Below the pieces are notes generated by a model that saw nothing but the letters and a program-made list of their open reading frames with translations, made no database searches and had not been told where the DNA came from. A stretch of 64,000 bases of DNA from Octopus sinensis (lineage: Eukaryota), in NCBI RefSeq assembly GCF_006345805.1, contig NC_043015.1, positions 45,384,001 to 45,448,000 of the forward strand. Reading direction: 5' to 3'. Position numbers and translations under genes: made by a program. Positions 23,900-37,950 of this stretch are shown in pieces. How positions within the stretch are numbered: the stretch's first letter is position 1; each line of letters begins with the position of its first letter.

Positions 23900-24330
23900 T
23901 TGTTCAAATTGTTCCAGGTGAACACCTACAGAAAAAAAAAGATGAGCATGGAGAGGATTCCACTGGGATAAAGGTTCTGTGGAGGAAGGATTGAGTATGT
24001 ATAGTGGTCAACAGTGGACCAGAAGAGGGTGAACATAACAAGGGTGAATAGAAGCAAGTTGGATGGGTGGGGATCTGAGTGGAAGAAGCACAAAACCAGC
24101 CAGCTCCAAGGAGCAACAATCATCATAGAGAAGTAAAAGAAACGATAAACAGAGAAGGCAGCAGACTTGTGGGCCAAGGACTGGAGTGTTTCTGTTAGTG
24201 TTTTAATGTCAATCAGTCAAGTGGCCCTGCTCTGGATGTGGCCCGAGATGTCGGTTTGCATAACGGCAGCAACATCCTCCCAGAATATGAAAAGCAGTAC
24301 TCTAATGTGAGTCTCACTCAGGGCAATATT
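23900..24330 (-). mobile_element. Degenerate CR1-clade LINE 3' region
   Basis: Frameshifted peptides VRLTLEYC / HIQSRAT*LIDIKTLTETLQSLAH / CCSLELAGFV..PLR / SQWNPLHAHLF match the post-RT CR1 pattern (RPxLEY..LQSLAHRR..CSxEL..WNxLP). Confidence 0.7.
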
Positions 24331-24446
24331 CCATTGTGAGTATCACCACTTTAAAGGCCCGGACACGACAGACAGCCTGGACCTAGGAATCGAACTCACC
24401 ACCTCATGATTGCGAGCCTGACGCTCTAACCACTGAGCCAACCACC

Positions 24447-24484
<38 letters not shown>

Positions 24485-25181
24485 CACACATGGATTCTGT
24501 TCATATTCAGTTTTTTTGTTGTTTTTTTTTTTGGTTTTAATGTAGTGTTGTTCATGCTTTTCCCTAACCCACAAAATCTGAACTAAAGTGGAACAGTTCC
24601 AACAGGGATTTGAAACTAGTATCAAAAAAGACCCAATTTTCAGACAACTTGTGATGGTGATGATAACGTGTGTGTGTGTGTGTGTGTGCACAAACTTATT
24701 CACATACAAATGTACATACATGTGACAGAGAGAGACAGACAGTGTGTATGTGTGTTTATGTGTAAGAGAGAGAGTTGAATATTTGCATGTACACAAATTC
24801 AGTCACATACAAATTTACGTGTGTAAGAGAGAGAGAGAAAGGGGAGATTATGTGTGTGAGCATGTATGTGTCACAGTGTGACTGTGTGTGTGTATGTGCA
24901 CTTGTGAGTGTGTGTCAAGACACTAGGTGCGTGTTAATGTAAATTCACATCGATGCACATCAATCGCCAAGACATCCACCGAAGTATTGCTGACAACAAC
25001 AGTTAGCTAGTAAGAAAACAAAAACAAAATAAAAACAACAACAAAAACAGAAAACAAAAACAAAAACAAAAAAAAGCAAGCAAACAGAAAGTGAAAGTAA
25101 GATTGGTTAAGTTGGTTTTGTTGGTTGACTGCAAGTGGTAAAAATACAAAAAAAATAAAAATATAAAAAAACTTTCCTTAC

Positions 25182-25481
25182 TTATTGCGAACAGTTTGGA
25201 CTGCAGACTATAGTCAATCCTGAGTGAATTGAAGTTATGATTGCCAGAGAAATATTAATCCTTTATAATTCGGACAGATCTATTCAGCCGCAAATCTAAA
25301 GTGAAAGACTACTGTAGCATGATGCCTCGAGTAATGATTGAATCGATTCTGCTTGAATTTTCCTTTGTAGAATTTTCTTTGCACAGCCACTGTATTCAGT
25401 GGTGACCAATAGAAAAAAAGAGCAGTGAAGTATGGCGGTGGAATAAAATTTTCCTGATAACTTTTGTCTCCTGGCCAAAAG
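25182..25481 (-). other. Exon-like island (300 nt), stops in all frames
   Basis: Acceptor cccatcgtttctgtccag and donor TAA|gtaagg. Confidence 0.2.
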
Positions 25482-25544
25482 CTGGACAGAAACGATGGGT
25501 GCAAGCATAGATGCATAGTTGAGAAGTTCGTTTTGCAAACTTGT

Positions 25545-26030
25545 ACAGTGCACACCTTGAGCAAGTCTCTTTACTATAGCCTGAGGCCAACCAAAGCCTT
25601 GTGAGTGGATTTGGTAGATGGAAACTGAAGGAAGCCCACCGTGTGTATATATATGTTTCTTTACTGCCCGCAAGGGGCTAAACATAGAGGGGACAAACAA
25701 GGACAGACAAAAGGATTAAGTCGATTACATCGACCCCAGTGCGTAACTAGTACTTTATTTATCGACTCCGAAAAGTGATAGGGATGTAAACACACCAGCA
25801 TCGGTTGTCAAGCAATGCTAGGGGACAAACATAGACACACACACGCATATATATATATATATATACATATATACGACAGGCTTCTTTCAGTTTCCGTCTA
25901 CCAAATTCACTCACAAGGCATTGGTCGACCCAAAGGTTATAGCAGAAGACACTTGCCCAAGATGCCACGCAGTGTGACTGAACCCGGAACCATGTGGTTG
26001 GTTAGCAAGCTACTTACCACACAGCCACTC
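25545..26030. mobile_element. Mosaic of SINE A (plus, 25545-25650), SINE B fragment (minus, 25660-25775) and SINE A (minus, 25780-26030)
   Basis: Consensus matches in three consecutive blocks. Confidence 0.75.
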
Positions 26031-27026
26031 ATTATGTATATCATTCATTTGTTTTACATCCATTTTTTCTACGTTGCTTTACATCAGGCAGGTACTTGGT
26101 TGGCGACGGGAAGAGCATCCCACCAGAACAATACTGGCTCAAATCTTTCCCATTTTACAGGCAGGAGCACACTTGGAAACTGAGAGACAGGCAAACAGAC
26201 ACACAGACAGACAGACAGATGGACAAACAAAAAGATAGAGATCTTCATTGTTGCTAAATTCCATCTTTCTTTCAGTTTTTTTTTTTTTTCTCACTTTTCT
26301 TTTCAATTCTGTTTTGTTTTTGACATATTCCGTTTCACTTACAAAAATGTGTTTGAATTTCTTCCTTTCCGTTTTTAAACTTTCATTATTTATTTGTTTT
26401 CTTTCCACTAATTCCTCGTCAATTTTCTACTATTTACTCATTTATTTTTGCTTCGATTCATATTTATTCCGTTAATTCTTTTATCTTAGTTTTATTCATT
26501 CTGCTTCCCCTCCCACCCACCCCCACCTCCCAATTTTCTCCGCATTCTCCTCCATCTCCATCTCCCCCCCCTCTCTCTCGCTCTCTTCATCTCTGTGACA
26601 AAAGAATCTTTTTAAGTTATTTTTATTTGTTTGTTTTTTTAGGGTTTTTTTTTCTTGCTATTTATTTATGTAGTTTTGTTTTTTTTTTTTCTACCCATCA
26701 ATTATATTCGCCACGTTATGGCATATAACACCTTTAGTAAAAATATCTTAACACATTTTGCAGAGATCTCGGAGTTTTTTTCAGGGAGGAGGGGAGGGAA
26801 ATAAATTTTTGGGGTTATTTTTTTTTCGCTATTATGTGCCCTCATCCACACTACTTATATTTTATTTATTATTTTTGGGTAGAGTAAATTAAGGCCAAGA
26901 GAGGGAGGGGCCAATTTTTGTCTGATTGTCTAATATGTGTGTGTGTATGTCTATGTGTACAAATATATATGTGTGTGTGTCTGTGTATGTGTAAATATAC
27001 ACATGAGTATATACATGTGTATGTAA

Positions 27027-27057
<31 letters not shown>

Positions 27058-27168
27058 TGTATACACATATGTATGTGTGTATCTCTCTATGTGTATGTAT
27101 ATATATATATATATAATTATACACACACACACACACACATGTATACATACATGCATGTCTCTCTCTCC

Positions 27169-27240
<72 letters not shown>

Positions 27241-27540
27241 ACACCATTTTATTGTTTTGATAATTTTCCTTAAGCTCCCACCCACCTCTATAATCAATCA
27301 GCAGAAATTTCCCATGAACACCCCACCACCACCACCACCACCACTTCTAGTCCACTTCTCCACACATCATAAGTATTTCACACATTCGGGTTTCCTCTCC
27401 TTGCCCCCCACACCCACCACACCCCCCCCACCCCACCACACCCCCACCACCTACCACACCCCCCACCAAAATACTTGGCTTTTTCGCCTTTGTTGTTGTT
27501 GTTGTTTCCATCCCTCCACCTACCCCCACCCCCTCTTCTT

Positions 27541-27572
<32 letters not shown>

Positions 27573-28345
27573 TCTTTCTGTAAATATAATTATAATAATC
27601 TGCCTATTCTTTAGCTTTCATTCATTTCTTGATAATAACTATTTAGACAATTTGTCCCACACACACACACACACACACACATGCTTAGACACTGCACACG
27701 CACTCATATAAACATGCAAGCCTACAATTAAATACATGCATGCATGTACACACACACACATACATGCACACACACACATTCTCTCATGTATATATGCCAC
27801 CATCTCCACCCCCAACTCTAGACATATTCACATGCAAACAAACATACATGCATGCAGCTTCCTGTGCATGCATCTGTATGTTACGAGCATAAAAATGCAA
27901 ATATATGCACATGCACAAATGTATATACCCACATGTATACACATGTACTTCTCTAGTGAAAAATGCAAGCAGTAATATAAACACCCTCTACAAAGATATG
28001 CATGTGCACAGAGACACACACACCCCGCTGTATAAACATGGATGAACAATCTTCATCCCACATGAACACATGTAAATACACATACACACACACCTATATA
28101 TGAGCATATGTCCTAACAAATGTACATACATTCATGCATACACACACACACAAAATGCAAATACTACACATACATGCAGGGACACACACACAAGTTCTGA
28201 AATACATATATATACACATAGACATACACGCATCACCCATCTACAAAGAAAAACGCGTACATGAGCAAATATCTAAACAAATGTACATATTTTCATGCAC
28301 ATGTACATATTTTCACACACAAAATGCAAATACTACACATACACA

Positions 28346-28990
28346 GGCGCAGGAGTGGCTGTGTGGTAAGTAGCTTGCATACCAACCACACGGTTCCGGG
28401 TTCAGTCCCACTGCGTGGAACCTTGGGAAAGTGTCTTCTACTATAGCCTCGGGCCTACCAAAGCCTTGTGAGTGGATTTGGTAGATGGAAACTGAAAGAA
28501 GCCTGTCGTATATATATATATATATATGTATATATATGTGTGTGTTTGTGTGTCTGTGTTTGTCACCCCAACATCGCTTGACAACCGATGCTGGTGTGTT
28601 TATGTCCCTGTTACTTAGCAGTTCGGCAAAAGAGACTGATAGAATAAGTACTGGGCTTACAAAGAATAAGACCTGGGGTCGATTTGCTCAACTAAAAGGT
28701 GGTGCTCCAGCATGACCACAGTCAAATGACTGAAACAAGTAAAAAGAGAAAAAAAAAAAGAGAGTATATATATATATATATGTGTGTGTGTGTTTGTGTG
28801 TCTGTGTTTGTCCCCCCAACATCACTTGACAACCGATGCTGGTATGTTTACTTCCCCGTTACTTAGCAGTTCGGCAAAAGAGACCGATAGAATAAGTACT
28901 GGGCTTACAAAGAATAAGACCTGGGGTCGATTTGCTCGACTAAAAGGCGGTGCTCCAGCATGGCCACAGTCAAATGACTGAAACAAGTAT
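28346..28990 (+). mobile_element. SINE family A with its microsatellite-plus-3' module tandemly duplicated
   Basis: The 3' module occurs at about 28530-28745 and again at about 28790-28990. Confidence 0.9.
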
Positions 28991-29145
28991 AAAAAAATAT
29001 ATATATATATAAAACACACACATACACACACATTCCAAAAATATAACATTCAGAAACATGCATACGCTACATGTCCACATATGTCTAATTCACCAAGCAT
29101 ATTCATGCAAAGCAAACAGCCTTCTCTTGAAATTATACAAACACT

Positions 29146-29188
<43 letters not shown>

Positions 29189-29610
29189 CAAATTCTGTAA
29201 TACATTTACATATAAAAATATAGCCACACACACATATACACGCTGTGGCATATCAAACCTCCCCGCTTTTACTCCCCGTCAGAGTTGATATGGGTGGGCT
29301 GTGGGTTATGAAAGGCTTTCAGAACCTTTCAAAAACATTTGCTCTAAGATTTCCTTGAAGAGTAATTCTGATAAACCGATATTCACTCTGTACCTTATTT
29401 CCTTCAGTTTAATTTACACCTACTCTTCTCCCCCTCTCTCAACACACACACATACACACACACACACACTACTTGTCTATGTTGCATGTTACCTTAATAC
29501 AAATAAGCCTTATTCATCTACATATTTACATATGAAGTTTTAATGACACTCACACAAAAAAAATACATGTATACACACACCAACTATACCCATGCATTCA
29601 AGAATTGTAC

Positions 29611-30027
29611 ACTCTTTACACTTTTACTCTTCTACTTGTTTCAGTCATTTGACTGCGGACATGCTGGAGCACCGCCTTTAATCGAGCAACTCGACCCCGG
29701 AACTTATTCTTTTGTAAGCCCAGTACTTATTCTATCGGTCTCTTTTTGCCAAACCGCTAAGTAACGGGGACGTAAACACACCACCATCGGTTGTCAAGCG
29801 ATGTTTGGGGGACAAACACAGACACACAAACACACACACACGCATATATATATATATATATATACGACAGGCTTCTTTCAGTTTCCATCTACCAAATCCA
29901 CTCACAAGGCATTGGTCGGCCCGGGGCTATAGCAGAAGACACTTGCCCAAGATGCCATGCAGTGGGACTGAACCCGGAACCATGTGGTTGGTTAGCAAGC
30001 TACTTACCACACAGCCACTCCTGCGCC
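29611..30027 (-). mobile_element. SINE family A, full length
   Basis: Reverse complement of the consensus, ending ccactcctgcgcc. Confidence 0.9.
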
Positions 30028-30461
30028 TATATACAAAAACTGATATACAAAAACAACACGTATCTGCTTATTTACTCATAAAACATATTCATATGTCAAT
30101 ACCGCATGCAATATTAAAAATCCAGAATGCCATTTAAAATAAACAAAAACAAAAACAAGCTTTAACTGTCACACTTTTCACGATGGTTTAATAAACACAC
30201 TTTTTCAATCCCATTCAACTCAGCAGAAAAGCTATGAAGCTTCTGACATACTCAATTAATATCGTTATGCGTATTCGTTTCAACATAAAAAGATAAAGCC
30301 ATGGAAATGTGTGTGTACATGGAGGTACATGCACAGATAAATTATGATAAAACAAACACGTATACACATGCATGTATGGGTGTATTTATAACATGAAATA
30401 TATTCCATGTATATTTAAAACACATGCACATTAAAGGTATGTATGTATGTAATGTATGTAT

Positions 30462-30507
<46 letters not shown>

Positions 30508-31179
30508 CAAAGCACAAGGTAAGGTTTTGTATGGAAGGAATATTCTTAGTCATCAGAACTACAGTAAATCACTGGGTCATGTTTTATTGATCAGATGGGA
30601 TGAAAGGTGAACTTGTAAAAAGCTGGCAAGAATTTAATTCAGATAAGAAAGTAAAGAATTTAATTCAGTGCCAGAGAATCTCAGCCATTATAAGAGATGT
30701 TTTCATTTTGGGATTTTTTTTTTTTTTTTCATCTTTGTTAAGAAGTTAGTTTGAAAGAGGCAAAACAGTGCCTCTTTGACTCTTGAGGGCCTCCCAAGAT
30801 TCATGTGGCTAATGCCCAGCCTGAAGAAAATAATTTGCAGTTAATATCAGCAAGAAAAGCTATATGCATTTATGGTATAGCATATATCTATTATGATAGT
30901 TATAATGCTTTTATGTATGTGACAAAAGATGCATTTGTACACATTCTTAGTTTAATGTGTATTTATTATATATGACGCATGCATTTGTTATACACACTCA
31001 CAGTTACACATAAAATTTGTAAGCATGTGCCTATATTTTATAATATATAATGTATGCATGCACATAACAAAATGTGAGATGATTTAAAATATGAGAATTT
31101 TGTGTTTGTATATAACATACACTTGTGCGTTTACAATGTAGTACATATAACACTCTCTCTCTCTCGCTATAATATATAT

Positions 31180-31269
31180 ATATATATACATACTACATAC
31201 ATACATATACACATAGATATACATATATTAGATATACACACAATATATACATATGTATATATATATAAT

Positions 31270-31321
<52 letters not shown>

Positions 31322-31786
31322 CATATATATACAATATATAATATATATATTTACATATATATACATATATATATATTTACATATATATACATATATATAC
31401 ATATATATATATTTACATATTATACATATATATATATATATATATTATTTACATATATATACATATATATATATATTATATATATTTACACATATATATA
31501 CATATATATAATATATATATATATATATTTACATATATTACATATATATATATATATATATTTACATATATTACATATATATATATATATATATTTACAT
31601 ATATATACATATATATATATATATATATTTACATATATAACATATATATATATATATATATATTTACATATATATACATATATATATATATCTATTTACA
31701 TATATATACATATATATTATATATATTTCATATATATACATATATATATATTATATATAATATTTACATATATATATATATTTACA

Positions 31787-31819
<33 letters not shown>

Positions 31820-31824
31820 ATATT

Positions 31825-31857
<33 letters not shown>

Positions 31858-31885
31858 ATATATATATATATATAATATATATATT

Positions 31886-31934
<49 letters not shown>

Positions 31935-31935
31935 G
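31180..31935. repeat. (TA)n-derived array punctuated by recurrent TTTACA units
   Basis: Directly visible. It yields the 242-aa Ile/Tyr ORF. Confidence 0.95.
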
Positions 31936-32669
31936 TAAATTCCAACTATATATATATATGTCTACATTATTGCATTTATAATATTTAATGTTTAAGTTGT
32001 AGGCGTATATATACATACACATATATATATATATATATACACACACACATACAAAGTTTTTTTTTTTTAATGTTGAGTAAAGGGAATTCAAGACTCTACA
32101 TCAGTCCAGCAGACACACAGAGAAGTCTTCATTGATCCAAGATCAATTATTGAATGCTTCAGCAACTCTTAAAAAGAGCGAAAAGAATAGAGTGATGTAG
32201 AGTGGAAAATGGTAGTAGTTGTAGCAGTGAAGTAGGTTGTGGTGGTGGTGGTGGTGGTAGCGGCTATGAAGTCAGTGGTGGGGATGGTTGATGGTGGTGA
32301 TGGTGGTGGTGGTGGTGCGGGAGGTGAAAGTAGCAGTATGGACATTCATTGGTAAACAGATTACAAGTGCGAAAATTGCTTAATGAAAAGCAGCAGAGTC
32401 AATAAAGGAACTCTTCACTTGGAAGAGGTTTCAGAAAATAATGCCTGCTTTTGACTAGAAGCTGACTTTGCGTCTACTGGCTGTGAATTAAAACAATATA
32501 GCCTAACATTATTTATATTTGTCTGATAGTATTTTTCTCCTGTGGCTGTTGTTCCTCACCACCACCACCACCACCATCACCATCACCACCGCCATCATCA
32601 TTACAACTTATCGTATTTACAGTGGGAGTCTGTTGTATGCTGTTAACTTGTGGACAAACTGAGCTAGGA

Positions 32670-33027
32670 TTAGTGTTCGGCAACAATCTCTTTCTGAACA
32701 TAGAATAAATACGTTATGATAAGAAAACTATGATGATTGATGCACAAATAATAATAACCGCTTAGTTCTTCACAAACCAAACAGGAGACCATTTTGTGTG
32801 CTAGAAAGAAACAGCAAAGCAAGTCTCCCTCAAAAATTGCACCAAACTGTCTGGATGATCTGACGTTTATTAAAATATGCTCCGAAATTATGATGATGGA
32901 GTAATTATTGCTGGAATCCCCGCTTGTAGTCCAGACATATTTATCATATTTATTGAGCTGATTGTAAGCACATGGTGCAAATAGAACATTTAATACAACA
33001 ATCCCGCCACTCTGGAAGGTTACCAGT
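32670..33027 (-). CDS. Candidate (terminal?) exon, 119 open codons, product unknown
   Basis: Acceptor ctttactttttcag at 33028-33041. The phase-2 frame LVTFQSGGIVVLNVLFAPCAYNQLNKYDKYVWTT... is open to 32670, and its phase matches the donor at 63818. About one ORF this long is expected by chance in a window of this size and composition. Confidence 0.3.
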
Positions 33028-33374
33028 CTGAAAAAGTAAAGGGTCAAATCCCCTCCTCCTTTGACAGATTTATATTAAGCAATAGAATACAATCTTTGAT
33101 AATGATCAATCTTGATGCAGTAACATAATTGAAATTGTTTGTGTAAATAAAGGTTATCAACACAAGTAGATATATATCTAAATTCATATTAGTTTCTTGA
33201 ATAGCAAGCAGTAGCTCTACATCCATAACTAAAAGTTTGCTCAAAGTATAAACAAGATCCACAAACTCATTAGATTCATTAGTCTAGGATACCTTTGACT
33301 GAGGTGACACAATAATGTTGAAACACCAGATGTTCCAGAGTCCTTTTACACTCATGAATACCCATTCATCTTAA

Positions 33375-33594
33375 CCCTGTCATTACTGTATTTATTTTGA
33401 GATGTTCTGTGTTTCTTTCAATTACTTTAAATATAACAAAGAATTTAGTAAAATAACTTGGTTATCATTAAGCTGGTGTTAGGAACATAAATTGTGACTA
33501 AAGTTTGGTGGAAGATTTTAATTCAGAACTTATGAAAACAAGACATTAGTACTCAGAGCCAGAGCCAGTTTCAGCCGGGCTGGTAATGAAAGGG
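33375..33594 (+). mobile_element. piggyBac-like MITE, second family, 220 bp
   Basis: TTAA at 33371-33374 and 33595-33598. TIRs ccctgtcattac / gtaatgaaaggg match at 11 of 12 positions. Confidence 0.85.
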
Positions 33595-34130
33595 TTAAAG
33601 GAGTTGTTCTATGATGAAACACATGAGCAATTTTCATATTCACGTTCGAATCTGCTACAATATATTAAGAGCAAATAAATATGTAAGTCACTGTAGAATA
33701 TTATACTTGAAAACTAGATCAAAACCAAACTGCTTCTTCATGACAAACACATACTGGCAGGATACCATTCCCAGTTTGGTAATTATCTGTACTATATTCT
33801 TAATTTTATACTCTGCCATTCCCTGTGCCTGTTAAGGGATCTCAATGCCGAGCTGTAAATGAAACATAACAAAACAAGATAATTAGCCTTCCAGATTTCA
33901 GTGTACTATCCCAATCACACACAATTAGTAAAAGACCGTTTTTTTTTAAACTTTTTCTTTCCCAAAGACAGAATCCCCAGAAAATATCTCGAAATATAAC
34001 CTGAGTTTGTTCACCTGTTTTTAACTATTATTAATTAGTCTATGAAGAAGGCTACTATACAAGCTTTAACGACTACCTCGGCTGCTGAATCATGGCCAGA
34101 ACACCTTTAAATATAGGTCTACTCAATCAA

Positions 34131-34305
34131 GGCTCATGAAAAGTTCCTGGCTTTGGGTAAAAGAAAATACCGAAGGATCAGTTAATTATGATTTTATTCA
34201 ACATGTTCCCCTCTCAGATTCACAGACTTATTGCAGCAGTCCTTCAGTTTTTCTAAACCCTGTAAAAGAACTCAGAAGGTTGGGCCTCCAACCTGGCCTT
34301 CTACA
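34131..34305 (+). mobile_element. mariner-like left-end fragment
   Basis: Similar to 11161-11335. Confidence 0.45.
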
Positions 34306-34310
34306 ATACC

Positions 34311-34685
34311 AATTTCTTTACTACCCACAGGGGGCTAAACACAGAGAGGACAAACAAGGACAGACAAACGGATTAAGTCGATTGTATTGACCCCAGTGCG
34401 TAACTGGTACTTATTTAATCGACCCCAAAAGGATGATAGGCAAAGTCGATCTCGGCGGAATTTGAACTCAGAACATAACGGCAGACGAAATACCTATTTC
34501 TTTACTATCCACAGGATGCTAAACACAGAGAGGACAAACAAGGACAGACAAACAGATTAAGTCGATTATATCGACCCCAGTGCATAACTGGTACTTATTT
34601 AATCGACCCCAAAAGGATGAAAGGCAAAGTCGACCTCGGTGGAATTTGAACTCAGAATGTAACAGCAGACGAAATATGGCTATGT
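34311..34685 (-). mobile_element. Family B body-body dimer
   Basis: Junction gaaatacc|tatttc at 34487-34500. Confidence 0.9.
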
Positions 34686-34864
34686 TTCAGCAACCCCTTG
34701 TAAAGTTAAATGACAATGCCTTAGATCTATAGATGGATTTAACCACAGAGAATTAAGTATCCTGGCCAACACCAACACTCTACTGTTACCAGAATGTAAA
34801 CGACTAACCATATTCAACTGGTTGCCAAATGCTTTAACAACTTAGCCACCTGCTCTCTCTCCCT

Positions 34865-35190
34865 CTGATTATCCAAGCAAGTACCAGTCATATACAGGGG
34901 CTGTTTTAATCAAGTAAAAACCCAACAGCCATTTCTCCTATCAAAGATCAGCCTTGTGACTAGTCAAAACCTATTATCCTTATCTTCCTGTTAGTACATT
35001 GCTTGGAAGCCTGGTACAAACAGATGCTGATTATCAAAGCAAGTACCAGTCATATACAGGGGCTGTTTTAATCAAGTAAAAACCCAACACCACTTCTCCT
35101 ATCAAAGATCAGCCTTGTGACTTAGTCAAAATCTATTATCCTTATCTTCCTGTTAGTACATTACTTAGAAGCCTGGTACAAATAGATGCT
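34865..35190. repeat. Tandem duplication, two copies of about 162 bp
   Basis: ctgattatc(c/a)aagcaagtaccag starts at 34865 and 35027. About 10 differences between copies. Confidence 0.95.
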
Positions 35191-36895
35191 ACTGTACCGA
35201 GGCAGAAAGAGCACGAAGATGATAAATATTGTACAGTATGAAGAATATACTATTGATTTTCACTGGAAGAAAACAGCCAGACCAATTCTCGTGTATTTAA
35301 GATGGTCTTTAAGAACACCAATAACATGTTTTCTATCATCCTGCAGTTTAGGAAATGGATTTAGGTTAGAAAACAAATGCTCCTTTATATTGTGTGTGTG
35401 TGTGTGTGCAGTGTGAATATGGGCTGTGTATATGTGCATGTGTGTGTGTGTGTGTGTTGGTGTGTTTATGTATGTATGTTTTGTAGCTGTGAAAGCATGA
35501 AAGCACATATATATATATACATACACACAAGTACAAAAAAGATACAGAAAATATAAAATGACATATGTGTGTGTATAAATACATTCATAAGTACATACAT
35601 ATGTATATGCACACACATATATATATATACATACATACAAACACACATACATATATACATACAGGCATACACCTATATACATATACATACACACACACAC
35701 ACACATACCTATATACATATACAAATGTACCTATGTGTGTTATTGTGTATATTATATATATATATATGTATGTATATCTATATATACATATGTGTATATA
35801 TAATATATATATGTGTATATATATATTTGTATATGCATATATACGTATGTGTGTATATACACACACACATACACACATATATGTATGGTTATATATATAT
35901 ATATGTATGTAGAACAATCTTACTTAGAAATGGATGCATGCGTTCTGTCATATAATAAATTAATAAATAAATAAAACATATGCATATATACATACATTTA
36001 TGTATGTACCTACCTCTACATGTATATATACATGCATATATGTATGTATGTATGTATGGTTATATATATATATATACACACACATACACACATGCATGTA
36101 TCATTTGTGTGTGTGAGCTTATGTATACAAACCTTTCTGTACATTTTTTACGTATTCTCACAATATACATATATATGTATGTGTGTGCAACACTTACAAA
36201 CACATACATACATACACACACACGCACTAGAAATCTAAAACCAGAGAGTAAATCTCTATATGTAGGTGTATATAGATGTGTGTGTGTGTGTGTGCACATA
36301 ATTTCAGGGGTTTATTGATGATATAGAGAATAAAAATTTAATGTTTGTACCTATACACACACACACAGATGCATACCATTAACGCATTCATTCAGATAGA
36401 ACCTACAAGTACACATTCACACACAGACACACACATAACATGAAGACATACATATGAATAGAAACTACATATACACACACACATAGAGTATAGAAAGACA
36501 TACATAGATAGAGTCTACACGTACACACACACACACACACACAAATATGTAAGACAGCTGTTATAGTGATGTTCATATATAATCCATCAGCCAAGCTAGC
36601 TCACTTTCAAAGCTCCCTCATTTTGTTTTTTAGACTCCTACCATTTCCTTAATCTGTCTAAGTGGATGATACCCTATCTTCTCCCTGTCTTCACGGTCTA
36701 ACCCCCCCCCCCACCAACACCCGCCACCACAACTCCCAGTATCTCCCCCTCCCCCGCTCTCTCTCTCTCCATAAAACATGGTACCACCATCACCATCTCC
36801 ACATCACTCTTCTTGAAACCTCACTTTGCTGTGAAAGGATGCTATGCTATCTTTTCCCCTTCCGACACCATTCCACTTTTCTACCCCTAACACCA

Positions 36896-36960
<65 letters not shown>

Positions 36961-37126
36961 CCTCTGCATTCTCTCAACTACCCCACATGGCCCTAGCTAA
37001 GGACCCCAAAAGTATAAACAACAAAATAGATCTTCTCGTGGGGGGAAACCCAGAGTACATTGGTTACCCACCCTTCAAAAACTAATAAACAATGAGAACA
37101 TAAAGCGGAAGACACACAGACAGACA

Positions 37127-37166
<40 letters not shown>

Positions 37167-37342
37167 TCAACCAACTTCCATTTTACACAACACTTGATGA
37201 AGATGGTCACAGTCAGTATAAAGCTAAACTGGGGCTTCAAAAGCACCCTCCCAGATTTCAAGTAGCAACCTGACTCTTCTGACTATCTTGTCAACCCTTT
37301 GTTATATATTCCTGATGAAACATATTGCCTTTATTTCATTAA

Positions 37343-37731
37343 CTCACAGTATCGTCCGGCATTGCTCAGGTTTGTTTCGACCTTTTAGAATTGGAATTTT
37401 TGAAAAGTAAAAATTTTGCATTATGTAGCTTGTTATTCTCTGTCAGTGAACGTTTTTCTGGTCGAAATACACCGAAAAATGGTGACACAGCAGTCAAAAA
37501 ATCATTAAAAAATAGGGATTTTCATAGAAAAAAAGCACCTTTTGATGTAAATAATTTTTGGTGTTAACATGGTCCGATTTGAATTTTTTCTTCTACGGAA
37601 GGAAGAGCAAGCCTTCTATCATACTCTCAATTTTGGTCAACTTGGGCCGCAGGGTCTCGGAGGAGACAGTATTAGTTGAAGGCTACCAAATCTGCCATAC
37701 ACAGACAACTTCAGCTTTATATATAGAGAGA
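37343..37731 (-). mobile_element. Non-autonomous Helitron, older
   Basis: The minus strand starts tctctctatatataaagctgaagttgtctg and ends with a decayed hairpin cctgagcaatgccgg and a decayed CTAG. It shares termini with 9906-10325. Confidence 0.75.
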
Positions 37732-37764
37732 TTTTTAAAATAATGCAGTCATTATCATGATCAT

Positions 37765-37950
37765 CATCATCATCATTTAATATCTGCTTTCCATGCTGAC
37801 ATGGGTTGGACAATTTGATTGGAGCTGGTCAGACAGAAGACTGTACCATACTTCTGTGTCTGTTTCAGCATGGTTTTTACAGCTGGATGCATTTCCTAAC
37901 ACCAACCACCCCACAGAGTGAGCTGAGTGCTATTTACGTGGCCCCAGCAG
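37765..37950 (-). mobile_element. Family D 3' part
   Basis: (CAT)n, tttccatgctgacatgggttggac, gctggatgcatttcctaacaccaacc. Confidence 0.7.

Noticed and set aside
31253-31981. Long Ile/Tyr/His/Thr ORFs here and at 18309-18691, 26869-27583, 35260-36318, 39547-39958, 46480-47058 and 57332-60530
   Set aside because: TA/CA/TG dinucleotide repeats lack stop codons in some frames, so these are artefacts.
32235-32600. (GGT)n and (ACC)n tracts forming an apparent inverted repeat
   Set aside because: Common trinucleotide microsatellites, so the complementarity is expected by chance in this genome.
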